From the NCBI GenBank assembly GCA_048940925.1, contig JBHLOC010000018.1, positions 8,415 through 72,414 on the forward strand: a DNA stretch of 64,000 bases. Direction: 5' to 3'. Source of the stretch: Promethearchaeota archaeon. GTDB taxonomy: Archaea > Asgardarchaeota > Lokiarchaeia > Sigyniarchaeales > SOKP01. The position numbers and the translations under genes are program-made. The number at the start of each line of letters is the position of its first letter. Position 1 is the first letter of the stretch. Below the pieces are notes generated by a model. The model worked only from the letters and a program-made list of their open reading frames with translations. It was not told the origin of the DNA and did no database searches. Below, in pieces: positions 47,108 to 56,382 of the stretch.

Positions 47108-47860
47108 TTGTCTGAAAAAGAAGAAAATTTAAATGAAGGTGAAGAATTTTCGATTGATGAGAGCTCTTTATCGGAATCTGAAGAAGAAAAAGGAGAATTA
47201 ACAACTCTTTTTGCTGTAAGAACAACAATTAATCAAGAGAGTAATATTCTCAAACAAATTTTTTATCGTTTCCGTATATTAGACACTATACCTGATATCC
47301 GCGCTATGCTTGTTTCTCCTCTTCTACCGGGCTATATATTTTTCGAAGCTCCCACTAAGAGAGAGGTTCAAATCGCTGTACAAGGAATACCTCATATCAA
47401 AGGAAGAATTGTCCAAAATATCGAATTAAGTGAATTGAAACATGTTTTACTCCCAAGAAGTGTCACTGAATATTTAGAAGAAGGAGACACGGTTGAAATT
47501 ATTAGTGGTGTGTTTGAAGGTGCAAGAGCTATCGTCATGCGGATGCCTCATGATACATCAAGCAGTGAGGAAGTTGTTGTTCGATTGCTACAAGAAGAAA
47601 CTCCTATAACAATTAAAATTCATGGAGATTTTTTAAAGCTAGTTGAAAAGAAGAAACCTGTCGCTGAGATTGTCCCTGAAATTAAAGTTTCAGGAGGTAC
47701 TGTCACAGATATAGAAAAAGCAATATCTTTTGAAGATGAATTTGAAGAGTTTGAAGAGGAATATCCAGAAAGTTTGAGAAGTGAAGAAACTGAAGAATAC
47801 TCTGATGAAGAAGAGGAACTCGAAGAAGAAGATGAATGGGCTAAATTTGATGGTTTCTAA
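47108..47860 (+). CDS. spt5: Transcription elongation factor Spt5 (NGN+KOW) with acidic termini
   Basis: FAVRTTINQE, LPGYIFFEA, EGDTVEIISGVFEG KOW motif. Confidence 0.9.
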   Translation: MSEKEENLNEGEEFSIDESSLSESEEEKGELTTLFAVRTTINQESNILKQIFYRFRILDTIPDIRAMLVSPLLPGYIFFEAPTKREVQIAVQGIPHIKGRIVQNIELSELKHVLLPRSVTEYLEEGDTVEIISGVFEGARAIVMRMPHDTSSSEEVVVRLLQEETPITIKIHGDFLKLVEKKKPVAEIVPEIKVSGGTVTDIEKAISFEDEFEEFEEEYPESLRSEETEEYSDEEEELEEEDEWAKFDGF

Positions 47861-48078
47861 CTCAAATTTATTTACATTCAATTTTTTTATTTCAATAATA
47901 GGGATAAATTGCATTAATTAAACAAATCTTTTGTTCTCATATGAAATAGAATGGAAATATTGCTATTCGTTGCATTAACCTTATGAATCTAATAAATAAG
48001 AGGATTTTTATATTTGAACTTTTTTTAAAGAAATAATAAAAATTTGAAATTTAGAGTAAAAATCATCTATTGAGTTAA

Positions 48079-48828
48079 ATGATTAAAAATATCTTCATCA
48101 TGAAATCCACAGGGGAGTTAATTTTTTATAAAACCTATGAAGATATTTTTAATGTAAAACTTACAAGTAGTTTTTTAAGTGCGATCTTCTCATTTGTAAA
48201 ACAAACATTAAAAACTGAAGAATTATCTGAAATTGAAGTAGGGCTCTTTAGGTTTATATTTGAAATTGAGAAAATGGGGAATGATGAATTACTATTTGCA
48301 TTATTTAGTGATCGAACTGAAAATTTAATCGAGTTAAGAAAACAATTACGAGAAGTAAAAAATCAATTTTTAAATAGATTTGATGTTAACTTATTAACTG
48401 ATCATTATGATGGCGAGATTTCAAAATTTCTCGATTTTGAAAATAATATTAATGACATCATGGAAAGTAGTAAGCCATTGATCTCAAAAGAAATCCATGG
48501 AGATTTAATAAATATTTTTAATGAGCTGCATACATTCTCTTCTTTCGTCGTATCTTCAGCATTATTAACTCAGACAGGAAGAGTAATAGTTTCCTATTTA
48601 GAACATAATGTTCTTACAGAAATCATACGACTTCTAGAGGGTAGATTTCTGGCAGGAAATTATAAAGTTAATGAGCTAATATCATTAGAAAAATTTGGCG
48701 TGCTTTCATTGGTAGGAATCAATGATAGTTATATATCAGTAATTCAATTTAAAAAAAATTGCCCTTTTGAGACAGGGTTAGTCATTTCAAAAAGATTCTC
48801 AAATAGACTGCAAAAACTTATTTGTTAA
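48079..48828 (+). CDS. Longin-like plus roadblock-like domain protein
   Basis: N-terminal IFIMKSTGELIFYK...LTSSFLSAIFSF longin pattern; C-terminal VVSSALLTQTGRVIVS roadblock pattern. Confidence 0.65.
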   Translation: MIKNIFIMKSTGELIFYKTYEDIFNVKLTSSFLSAIFSFVKQTLKTEELSEIEVGLFRFIFEIEKMGNDELLFALFSDRTENLIELRKQLREVKNQFLNRFDVNLLTDHYDGEISKFLDFENNINDIMESSKPLISKEIHGDLINIFNELHTFSSFVVSSALLTQTGRVIVSYLEHNVLTEIIRLLEGRFLAGNYKVNELISLEKFGVLSLVGINDSYISVIQFKKNCPFETGLVISKRFSNRLQKLIC

Positions 48829-49019
48829 ATTTTTTGAGATAAATTGACCGAAATATAGTAATTATTATCTATTTCATAAAAAATTTTAAAAAAACAATAA
48901 GCCAATATGTAATATCGTTAATTTGATTTCCAAAAATTAAAAAGTCATTTTACATTTTACACTAGTGTAATTACTTATCTAATAAACATAAAATAAATAA
49001 GAATTAGGGGTAAAAATAA

Positions 49020-50303
49020 ATGTCAAGATTTGTTGATCAGGTTATCAATGATGAGATTTTAGATAAACTAAGCCTAAAGAATCGATATTCCTTTTTAAAT
49101 AATAATCTAATGGCAATTTTAACTGCAGACCAATTTAATTTCCTGAAAAGAGTTCAAAAGTTTTGTATGAGATTTGAAAAGAAAAATGGGATCACTCACG
49201 GTCCAAATGAAGATATATACGAATGGATACCAACTTTTGGAGCTGAGGGTTATATTACAAGAGCACATAATTTTGAAATGATTGATGTCAATTATGAATA
49301 CTATGGGGCTGTGCCTGATTTTCTGCGCTATTTAGCCATTGATATGTTTGATACTCAATTCGCAATGGGAAGTGGTGCTACAGTATTAGCAATTAATCCT
49401 ATTTATGAGCACCATGAAAATATTCCTGAGAGGCTAGATGCGATAAAAGATCTTGTGACAGGCAAAGGATCAGGCTGCATATGTATCACGGAACCTGAAA
49501 GAGGTTCTGATGCAGTCCACCAATTAAGCACTTGTGACGAGCAGGAAGATGGCAGCTTTTTACTCAATGGTGAAAAGGTTTTTAATACTAATGCCCCAAA
49601 AGCAAAATGGGCTGTTGCTTATGCTACTGCAGAAAAGAACAATGGAAATTTAATGGCACAGTTCTTGATCAATACAAACTGGGAAGGGTGGAAGTGTGAA
49701 AGAGTGAACATTCCCTGGGTTCCAAAACTATATTTAGGTCATGAATGGTTTGAAAATCTTAGAGTTCCAAAAGAATATATCTTAGGACCTGTCGGTAAAG
49801 GAAGAGAACATCTCTTTGAAGGCTTAGTCCCTGAGCGAATTGGTATTGCATGTGGAGCCATTTCTCAATGTTGGGGAGCAATATCTCACGCTGCAATTTA
49901 TGCTAATTTAAGAAAACAATTTGATCAAGAAATCCTTAAATTTCAAGGGGTTGGATTTCTTTTAACAGATTTATGGGCAAAAACTACGAATTTAACCCTG
50001 GGACTATTAAAATTCTGTGAAGCTTACGACGATAAGATGGAAAAATTCGAAGGAAAAATACCTGGAAATATTTCACGAGCAATGGTTGCAAGTGCCTCTC
50101 AATTTAAGTATCATTGTACTAATCTTTCTAAACGAATCTGTTATGAAGCTGCCAATTTAATGGGTGGCGCAGGATTATCAGATAATACCATGATGCAAGA
50201 TTATGTAAATATTTCCAGAATTCAAGAAATTGTAGGAGGAAGCAGACAAATTCAACAATACATTATGAGTATGGCACTCCGCCAACTATTTAAAATGATA
50301 TAA
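49020..50303 (+). CDS. Acyl-CoA dehydrogenase family protein
   Basis: ITEPERGSDA, LNGEKVFNTN, RKQF, MGGAG, EIVGGS. Confidence 0.9.
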   Translation: MSRFVDQVINDEILDKLSLKNRYSFLNNNLMAILTADQFNFLKRVQKFCMRFEKKNGITHGPNEDIYEWIPTFGAEGYITRAHNFEMIDVNYEYYGAVPDFLRYLAIDMFDTQFAMGSGATVLAINPIYEHHENIPERLDAIKDLVTGKGSGCICITEPERGSDAVHQLSTCDEQEDGSFLLNGEKVFNTNAPKAKWAVAYATAEKNNGNLMAQFLINTNWEGWKCERVNIPWVPKLYLGHEWFENLRVPKEYILGPVGKGREHLFEGLVPERIGIACGAISQCWGAISHAAIYANLRKQFDQEILKFQGVGFLLTDLWAKTTNLTLGLLKFCEAYDDKMEKFEGKIPGNISRAMVASASQFKYHCTNLSKRICYEAANLMGGAGLSDNTMMQDYVNISRIQEIVGGSRQIQQYIMSMALRQLFKMI

Positions 50304-50617
50304 ACTCTTTTTTTTTTTATTAGATATTTCTTTTTACTTATTCTATATTAATAATTCCTAACTAACTAATCTCAGAAGAGAGAAACATGGAAGAATTACT
50401 TAATATTGCGAAAAATGCCTTTCCACCAGTATCAGGAAGGACTTGAAAAACATTATAAACAGTTTTTTATCCAATTTTATTCATACCTTCTTTTGATCAA
50501 ATCAATTTAATTTAACGTATAATTTTAAAATTAGAATTTCTTTTTGAAGATATTGTTTTATTATTGAAAAATTGATATAAATTATATCATAATTAAAAAT
50601 TATGAGAGTTAAGTACT

Positions 50618-51910
50618 ATGAGTGAAAATAAGCGATATAAAACTCAGGTTATTAATGATGAGATCCTTGAAAAATTAAGTCTTGAACACCGTTATAATTT
50701 TGTAAAAGATAATCTAAGAGTAATTTTAACTGAGGCTCAATTTAATTTTCTTACAAAAGTTCAGGATTTCTGCTTAAACTATGAATCTAAAAATAAAATA
50801 ACCCATGGTCCTAATGAGGACGTTTATGAGTGGTATGCTGATTTTGGAAAAGAGGGTTATATCACCCGACAAACGCCATATGAATGCATAGACTTGAATT
50901 ATGAAGAATACGGAATGGCTTTTGAATTTATGAGAATTCTCGCTCTTGATAACTTCGATCCTCAATTTGCAATGGGTTCGGGAGCAACTGTTATTTGTCT
51001 TAACCCGATTTATGCCCACCATGAAAACATTCCCGAAAGACTAGAAGCTTTGAAAGAGCTTGTCACGGGTCAAGCAGTGGGGTGCTTGTTAATGACTGAA
51101 CCAGAAAGAGGATCTGATGCAGTTCATCAATTAACGACTTGTGATGAACAGGAAGACGGGAGCTTTTTGCTTAACGGAACCAAGATTTTTAATACCAATG
51201 CGCCCAAATCAAAATGGGCTGTTGCATATGCCACAGCAGAAGAAAATCAAGGTAATTTAATGGGACAGTTTTTAATTAATACTTCTTGGGAGGGGTGGAA
51301 CTGTGAACGTGTAGGAATACCCTGGGTGCCAAAACTGTTTATAGGAAAGGAACTCCTTGAGAATCTGAGAGTACCAAAAGAGTACGTCTTGGGAGGAATT
51401 GGTAAAGGAAGAGAGCATCTTTTTGAAGGGTTGATTCCCGAGAGAATAGCTATCGCAGTGAGGTGTATAAGTGCGTGTTGGGGCGCGTTAGCTCATGCTG
51501 TTATTTATGCCAATATGAGAAAGCAATTCGATCAACAAATTTTGCTGTTTCAAGGAGTTGGTTTTTCATTAGCAGATTTATGGGCTAAAACAACAGCATT
51601 GACTCATGGAGTCCTAAAGTTCGCAGAAATTTACGATGAGAAACACGAAAAATATGGTGACAACTTACCAGATCCGATAGCTCAGTCAATGGTTAACTCA
51701 GCAAGTCAATATAAATATATATGTGCCAATTTAGCTAAAGAAGTATGCTTTGAAGCGGCTAATTTAATGGGAGGAGCTGGTGTATGTGATAATACTTTAA
51801 TGCATGATTATATTAGTGTTTCACGGATCTTAGAAGTAGTAGGAGGTACAAAACAGATCCAGCAATTTATAATGAGCAGAGGCCTGAAAAGACTATTTAA
51901 AACCCTTTAA
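50618..51910 (+). CDS. Acyl-CoA dehydrogenase family protein (tandem paralog)
   Basis: MTEPERGSDA, LNGTKIFNTN, RKQF, MGGAG, EVVGGT. Confidence 0.9.
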   Translation: MSENKRYKTQVINDEILEKLSLEHRYNFVKDNLRVILTEAQFNFLTKVQDFCLNYESKNKITHGPNEDVYEWYADFGKEGYITRQTPYECIDLNYEEYGMAFEFMRILALDNFDPQFAMGSGATVICLNPIYAHHENIPERLEALKELVTGQAVGCLLMTEPERGSDAVHQLTTCDEQEDGSFLLNGTKIFNTNAPKSKWAVAYATAEENQGNLMGQFLINTSWEGWNCERVGIPWVPKLFIGKELLENLRVPKEYVLGGIGKGREHLFEGLIPERIAIAVRCISACWGALAHAVIYANMRKQFDQQILLFQGVGFSLADLWAKTTALTHGVLKFAEIYDEKHEKYGDNLPDPIAQSMVNSASQYKYICANLAKEVCFEAANLMGGAGVCDNTLMHDYISVSRILEVVGGTKQIQQFIMSRGLKRLFKTL

Positions 51911-51975
51911 ATTAATTTTTTTTCAAAGAAAGAAATAGAAAGAAAACAAAAGTTAATTTTTTTATTTATTATAGG

Positions 51976-52185
51976 TTATTCCTCTTCTTCTTCTTCCAAT
52001 AGTTCTTCTATTTTATCTTCTAATTCTTCAATTTTATCGTCGATTTCAGCGATTTTATTATATGTTTCACATGTCTCGCACGCATCGGGTTCCTCGCATT
52101 TTGGGAGAGTATCACAAATTTCCTCTAATTTATCTCTCTCATCTAATAGTTTTTCAATTTCCTCTTCTAGTTTTTCAATACTCAT
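51976..52185 (-). CDS. Small acidic coiled-coil protein with a central Cys cluster
   Basis: Heptads flanking C-x5-C-x5-C-x2-C; SD AGGTG upstream. Confidence 0.75.
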   Translation of the reverse strand: MSIEKLEEEIEKLLDERDKLEEICDTLPKCEEPDACETCETYNKIAEIDDKIEELEDKIEELLEEEEEE

Positions 52186-52254
52186 ATTTCACACCTATTT
52201 TTGTTAAGGTAATTAAGAAGTGATAATTTAATTTTTTTTCTTTGCAAATTTTTT

Positions 52255-53085
52255 TTATCTAAAAAAAGTCAAATACACATATGTAACTATCAATATCGCT
52301 ATGATGATCAAGAAAAGAATAATAAAACATTTCCTTGATTTCTTACTTTTTATAAATTCTTTCCCTTCTAAGATAAGAGTTTCTTGATCACCATTATCCA
52401 GTGTTGTATCTTTAATTAAAAACTGCCCAGTATCAGTTTGAATTATCTCTAATTCTTCCCTTTTTTGCAATTTTTTAGTTAATTTTCTGAATTCCTTTAC
52501 TGATTTCTTAATTAAATCTTGAGTTTCTTTGGGTAAATCATCATCCCGAATTTCAAGATCTTGTGTCATAAAATCTAAACCAACAGTTAACTTGTAATCT
52601 GCTTCAAACTCTTTATTAACAAAAGATTTGATTAATGAAGACTTCCCTACAGCAGCTTCCCCAACAAGCAATATTTTAAACCTAAAATGATCAGAATTGA
52701 TAATTTCACCTAACCTTGCTTTAAAATCTAGCAATGAGATTAATGCTAACCTATAAAATAACTTATCTACGTTATTTTTTTCTAAGGCTGATGTTTCTAT
52801 AAACTCAAATAGATTGTATTGATTTAATTTTTGAAGTATTTTATCTTTTGGAACTGCTTCTCCGATATCTTTCTTTAAATCATTTTTATTTCCAACTAAG
52901 ATAATTGGGATGTTTCCTGAATGTTCACGTAAATCTTTAAAATATTCGTCAATATTTTCGAGGGTATCAGGTCTAGAAAGATCAAATACTAATGCAACTG
53001 TAGCAACTCCGTTAAAAAAATCAGTTTTAAAGAAGCTAAACCGCTCTTGACCTGCGATATCCCAAAGACTTAGAGTTACTCTCAT
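52255..53085 (-). CDS. Circularly permuted Rab-like GTPase with a C-terminal TM anchor
   Basis: Motif order WDIAGQE (G3), NKND (G4), ETSAL (G5), GEAAVGKS (G1), LTVGLDF (G2); hydrophobic C-terminus. Confidence 0.88.
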   Translation of the reverse strand: MRVTLSLWDIAGQERFSFFKTDFFNGVATVALVFDLSRPDTLENIDEYFKDLREHSGNIPIILVGNKNDLKKDIGEAVPKDKILQKLNQYNLFEFIETSALEKNNVDKLFYRLALISLLDFKARLGEIINSDHFRFKILLVGEAAVGKSSLIKSFVNKEFEADYKLTVGLDFMTQDLEIRDDDLPKETQDLIKKSVKEFRKLTKKLQKREELEIIQTDTGQFLIKDTTLDNGDQETLILEGKEFIKSKKSRKCFIILFLIIIAILIVTYVYLTFFR

Positions 53086-53222
53086 TAAAGGTTCAGACCT
53101 CTACTTTTGGTTCAATAAGATAATTTTAATTGTCATTATTATAAAATATTAAAAATTGATATAATTTAAAATTAAAAAAGCGATTTCAATTTATTGAATA
53201 AATAATTAGAATTCTATATTTA

Positions 53223-53735
53223 CTATAATTTTTTCTCTAAAATTTCTAGCATGTCTTCTTCGAGAGTAGGATGCCATTTTGGATTTTCAACTATAGTGCC
53301 TATAAGATCACCAGTTTTGTTAAAGAAATAGAATGTTGGGATTGCTTTTAAGTCAAATTTTGGATCAACAGCTTCAGGTGGAGAACGTTTTTTATGCCAT
53401 CTAGGCTCTCCGGGTTTATCTATAGCGTTTACCATAATGCCATACAAAATTTGTAATGTTACATCATCTGAACTTATGGTTTTCATTATTTTTATCATAT
53501 AAGGCACATTCTTAGTGCAATCAGGGCACCAATCTGCACCCAATACAACTATTTTTAACTTTTGATTTTTTTCTTTCAATATATTTTGGATTTTTTCAAT
53601 AATTTCTGACTTTGGTGTATAATTTTCAAGATTGCTGTTGATTATTGGCTTATCTTTATTGAGATTTATATACTCATCAGGAGTTAAAGTTGGAGATATT
53701 AGATCGTAATATTTTAATTCACTCATATTTAACAT
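53223..53735 (-). CDS. Thioredoxin-family protein
   Basis: WCPDC active site and IPTF cis-Pro. Confidence 0.88.
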   Translation of the reverse strand: MLNMSELKYYDLISPTLTPDEYINLNKDKPIINSNLENYTPKSEIIEKIQNILKEKNQKLKIVVLGADWCPDCTKNVPYMIKIMKTISSDDVTLQILYGIMVNAIDKPGEPRWHKKRSPPEAVDPKFDLKAIPTFYFFNKTGDLIGTIVENPKWHPTLEEDMLEILEKKL

Positions 53736-53878
53736 AAGAGAAATCTTTTTTAAAAAAATTATTTTAATAACTAATAAAAATTCATCAGATAAACATTATT
53801 AGGAAGAAATTATAAAAATTGTTGGAAATTTACTTTTACCTCCTATTCACTGAAAAAAATGAAAAAGGTGTAGTTTAA

Positions 53879-55717
53879 ATGATAAAAGGATTTAGAGGAA
53901 GTTTGTTATCAATAGATTTAACAAAATCTAAAGTAAGTAAAATACCATTAGACAATGAAATTGCTAAAACTTATCTTGGAGGTGCAGGTTATGCTTGTCG
54001 TTATTTATATGATAAATTGGATAAAAATACAGATCCTCTTTCTCCTGAAAATATCTTAATAATAATGAATGGCCCCTTAAATGGTACTTTTGCACCTAAT
54101 ACAGGAAGATGGGTTGTATGTTCAAAATCTCCTTATACGGACATATGGGGGGAATCTAATTGTGGTAGTTGGTTTGGAGCAGAAATAAAAAAAGCAGGAT
54201 ATGATGGGATAATAATTTCTGGAGCTTCAGACGTTCCAGTTTATATAGAAATTAATGATGAGGAAGTAAATATAAAAGATGCAGGTTTCTTATGGGGAAA
54301 AGGTACTTATTTTACTACCAAGAAACTCAAAGAAGTTTTTGGGAACCCTAAAGCTAAAGTTGCTTGTATAGGTCAGGCTGGCGAAAATCTTGTTAAATAT
54401 GCTAATATAATCTCTGAAGAAAGAGCGGCAGGAAGAACGGGTATGGGAGCTATTTTAGGAGCGAAAAATTTAAAAGGAATTATTGTTAAAGGTAGTAAAA
54501 CTCACTTAGACGTAGCCAATGAAGAAAATCTAAAAGTAGCAATTAAAAATGCAAGAGATTATGTACGATCCGCTATTACTACTGAAGCTCTACGTTTATT
54601 TGGCACATCAGCTTTATTAGATACATATAATATTACAGGAGAATTAGACATTAAATATTTTAATCAATCACCATGGAAAAACGCTTATAAGATTTCTGGT
54701 ATCACTATGGCACAAGATCTACTGGTTAAAAATAGATATTGTCATTCATGTGTGATAGGATGTGGTCGTAGAGTCGCTATTAAAGAAGGTGTATATAAAA
54801 CAGAAGAAATAGAAGGGCCTGAATATGAAACGATTGTAAGTTATGGGAGTTTATTTTTAAATGATAATCTAGAATCAATTGTATATATGAATAAAAAATG
54901 TTTTGACTATGGAATAGATACTATAAGTTCTGGAGGAGTAATTTGCTGTTTAACCCATCATTTTCTTTTAAATAATATTTCTTCCAAAGAAATTGATGGA
55001 ATAAAACCTGAATGGGGTAATATTAATATTGCTGAAAAACTTTTAGAAAAAGTTGTTTATCGAGAGGGGATAGGTAATGTCTTAGCAGAAGGATCTAACG
55101 CTCTTGCCAGAAAATTTAATTTTTCTCAAGATGAGATTGCTACAGTAAATGGATTAGAAGTTACTTACCATGATATACGATCTAATTATGGGATGGCAAT
55201 TGCTTATGGTCTTGGAGGGGCACATAAAGGACCTTCACATAATCTCTGTGATATGTATTATGTGTTAATGGGGATACCATTCGAAGAGATAAATGCTCCA
55301 ACACTGACACTTGATAATTTTTCAGACGATGAAGATATGGCAAAAACTTGTTCAAAAATTATGGATTATCGGGCGCTATATAGTTCTATTATAATGTGTT
55401 CTTTTTGTAATCCGTTACCCTCTCAAGTTGCAGCTTTAATAGAACATACTACTGGTTTGAAATTTGGTTTAGATGAAATTAAATTATATGGAGAAAGGAT
55501 TTTGAATCTTAAAAGAATGTTTAATATTAAAATGGGTTTGACTCCTGCCGATGACAGATTACCACAAATTCTTTTAAGACCTTTTTCAAATGGTGGATCT
55601 GCTGGAAAGTCGCCGAATTTTGAAAAGTTAAAGAAATTATTTTATCAATATCGTGAGTGGGACCTAGTAACTGGAAAACCAAGTGAAAAAAAGTTAAAAA
55701 CATTGAATATAAAATAA
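53879..55717 (+). CDS. aor: Aldehyde:ferredoxin oxidoreductase (tungsten AOR family)
   Basis: KSPYT, AGRTGMGA, CHSCVIGC, GPEYET, GIDTIS, C-terminal DDRLP. Confidence 0.92.
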   Translation: MIKGFRGSLLSIDLTKSKVSKIPLDNEIAKTYLGGAGYACRYLYDKLDKNTDPLSPENILIIMNGPLNGTFAPNTGRWVVCSKSPYTDIWGESNCGSWFGAEIKKAGYDGIIISGASDVPVYIEINDEEVNIKDAGFLWGKGTYFTTKKLKEVFGNPKAKVACIGQAGENLVKYANIISEERAAGRTGMGAILGAKNLKGIIVKGSKTHLDVANEENLKVAIKNARDYVRSAITTEALRLFGTSALLDTYNITGELDIKYFNQSPWKNAYKISGITMAQDLLVKNRYCHSCVIGCGRRVAIKEGVYKTEEIEGPEYETIVSYGSLFLNDNLESIVYMNKKCFDYGIDTISSGGVICCLTHHFLLNNISSKEIDGIKPEWGNINIAEKLLEKVVYREGIGNVLAEGSNALARKFNFSQDEIATVNGLEVTYHDIRSNYGMAIAYGLGGAHKGPSHNLCDMYYVLMGIPFEEINAPTLTLDNFSDDEDMAKTCSKIMDYRALYSSIIMCSFCNPLPSQVAALIEHTTGLKFGLDEIKLYGERILNLKRMFNIKMGLTPADDRLPQILLRPFSNGGSAGKSPNFEKLKKLFYQYREWDLVTGKPSEKKLKTLNIK

Positions 55718-55739
55718 GATCCTCATGGAATTACTGTAT

Positions 55740-56270
55740 TTATTCTCTTTTTTTACTTTTTAAGATTAATTTTGTTAATAAATTGAATATTTTGTGGACA
55801 TTTTCTCCAGTTTTAGAGCTACATTCTATAAAACCATCAGCATCTTTGAGGTTTGCTATCTCCATTGCCTTTCTAGTTGAGATCTCTTTAAGATGCATTA
55901 AATCAGTTTTTCCACCAACAAAGATGATAGGTATATCATATTCAATTTCTTTTTTAACAATCTCAAACCAATCATCTACATGAGCTAATGATCCATAATT
56001 AGTAATATCATACATAAAAATAGCTCCACTTGCGCCTCGGATGTAAGAAGGAAAAAGAAATCTGAATCTTTCCTCTCCAGCAAAATCCCAAATTTGAAGT
56101 TTTACCATTTCATCATCTACTTCAATTGCTTTCAATAAAAAGTCTACACCTAATGTCATTTGAATGTTTTCCTTAAATAGATTCGTTAAGAATCTGTGAG
56201 CTAAAGTAGTCTTTCCGGTTTTACTATCTCCAAATAGTACTATTTTGAAAGTTGAAGTATAAGATGCCAA
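55740..56270 (-). CDS. Rab-like small GTPase
   Basis: GDSKTGKT, TLGVDF, WDFAGEERF, GKTD, CSSK. Confidence 0.9.
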   Translation of the reverse strand: MASYTSTFKIVLFGDSKTGKTTLAHRFLTNLFKENIQMTLGVDFLLKAIEVDDEMVKLQIWDFAGEERFRFLFPSYIRGASGAIFMYDITNYGSLAHVDDWFEIVKKEIEYDIPIIFVGGKTDLMHLKEISTRKAMEIANLKDADGFIECSSKTGENVHKIFNLLTKLILKSKKRE

Positions 56271-56382
56271 CCCACTAGACCCAAACTAATTATTTAACCT
56301 AACTTTATAGGTATCTAGTTGATAACATGATTAATATAGGTTTGTCATTTAAAAATTTATTTTTGAGTTGTGAAAAATCCGA

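Noticed and set aside
50387-50450. Short ORF MEELLNIAKNAFPPVSGRT between the acyl-CoA dehydrogenase genes
   Set aside because: Only 19 codons, with no recognisable homology.
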